Source of the DNA: the human T2T-CHM13v2.0 reference genome, Homo sapiens
DNA length: 64,000 bases
NCBI RefSeq assembly: GCF_009914755.1
Contig: NC_060943.1
Strand: one strand, 5' to 3'
Below, one piece after another: positions 63,795 through 64,000 of this stretch (position 1 is the stretch's first letter; the number at the start of each line of letters is the position of its first letter). A model generated the notes under the pieces. The model saw nothing but the letters and a program-made list of their open reading frames with translations, made no database searches and was not told the origin of the DNA. Both the position numbers and the translations under genes were made by a program.

Positions 63795-64000
63795 GTGAGT
63801 TTCCCATGGGCGTTGGGTCAACTCTATCATACTGGGGTCTGGAGTTCCTGAAAGGTCAAGAGATAGGAGCAGGGAGACCGGAACCAAAAACTGCTTTCAG
63901 GGTGAGCTGACACTCATTTTTCCAAGGGCAATCTAGGTAAACTGAGGTGTTGACACCACGGTGAGCATGGGAAGGGCCGATGGAGCCTCATGGGAGGAAC

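Overview
Human-type, Alu/L1-rich genomic DNA from the NLRP cluster (19q13.4, recognised from the proteins). The + strand carries the terminal coding exon and 3'UTR of NLRP8 (from 1139) and the first 12 canonical exons of the maternal-effect gene NLRP5/MATER (12923-63794; PYD, three 19-aa acidic repeat exons, NACHT exon, five LRR exons). The last NLRP5 exons lie beyond the window. Main observations: (1) A compact CCAAT/E-box/GC-box promoter with a strong splice donor at 1-152, inside the last NLRP8 intron, looks like the real oocyte first exon of NLRP5. That would nest the NLRP8 terminal exon inside NLRP5 intron 1 and make Met52 (MEGDK) the start. (2) The canonical coding exon 1 is MIR-derived and joined by weak splice sites. 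(3) This haplotype reads through the NLRP8 stop codon. (4) Exons 5/6 arose by an Alu-Alu recombination tandem duplication that left a chimeric Alu. (5) There are several informative nested retroelements, including an antisense ERV1 LTR split at its TATA box by an L1. Repeat family names and boundaries are by-eye calls.
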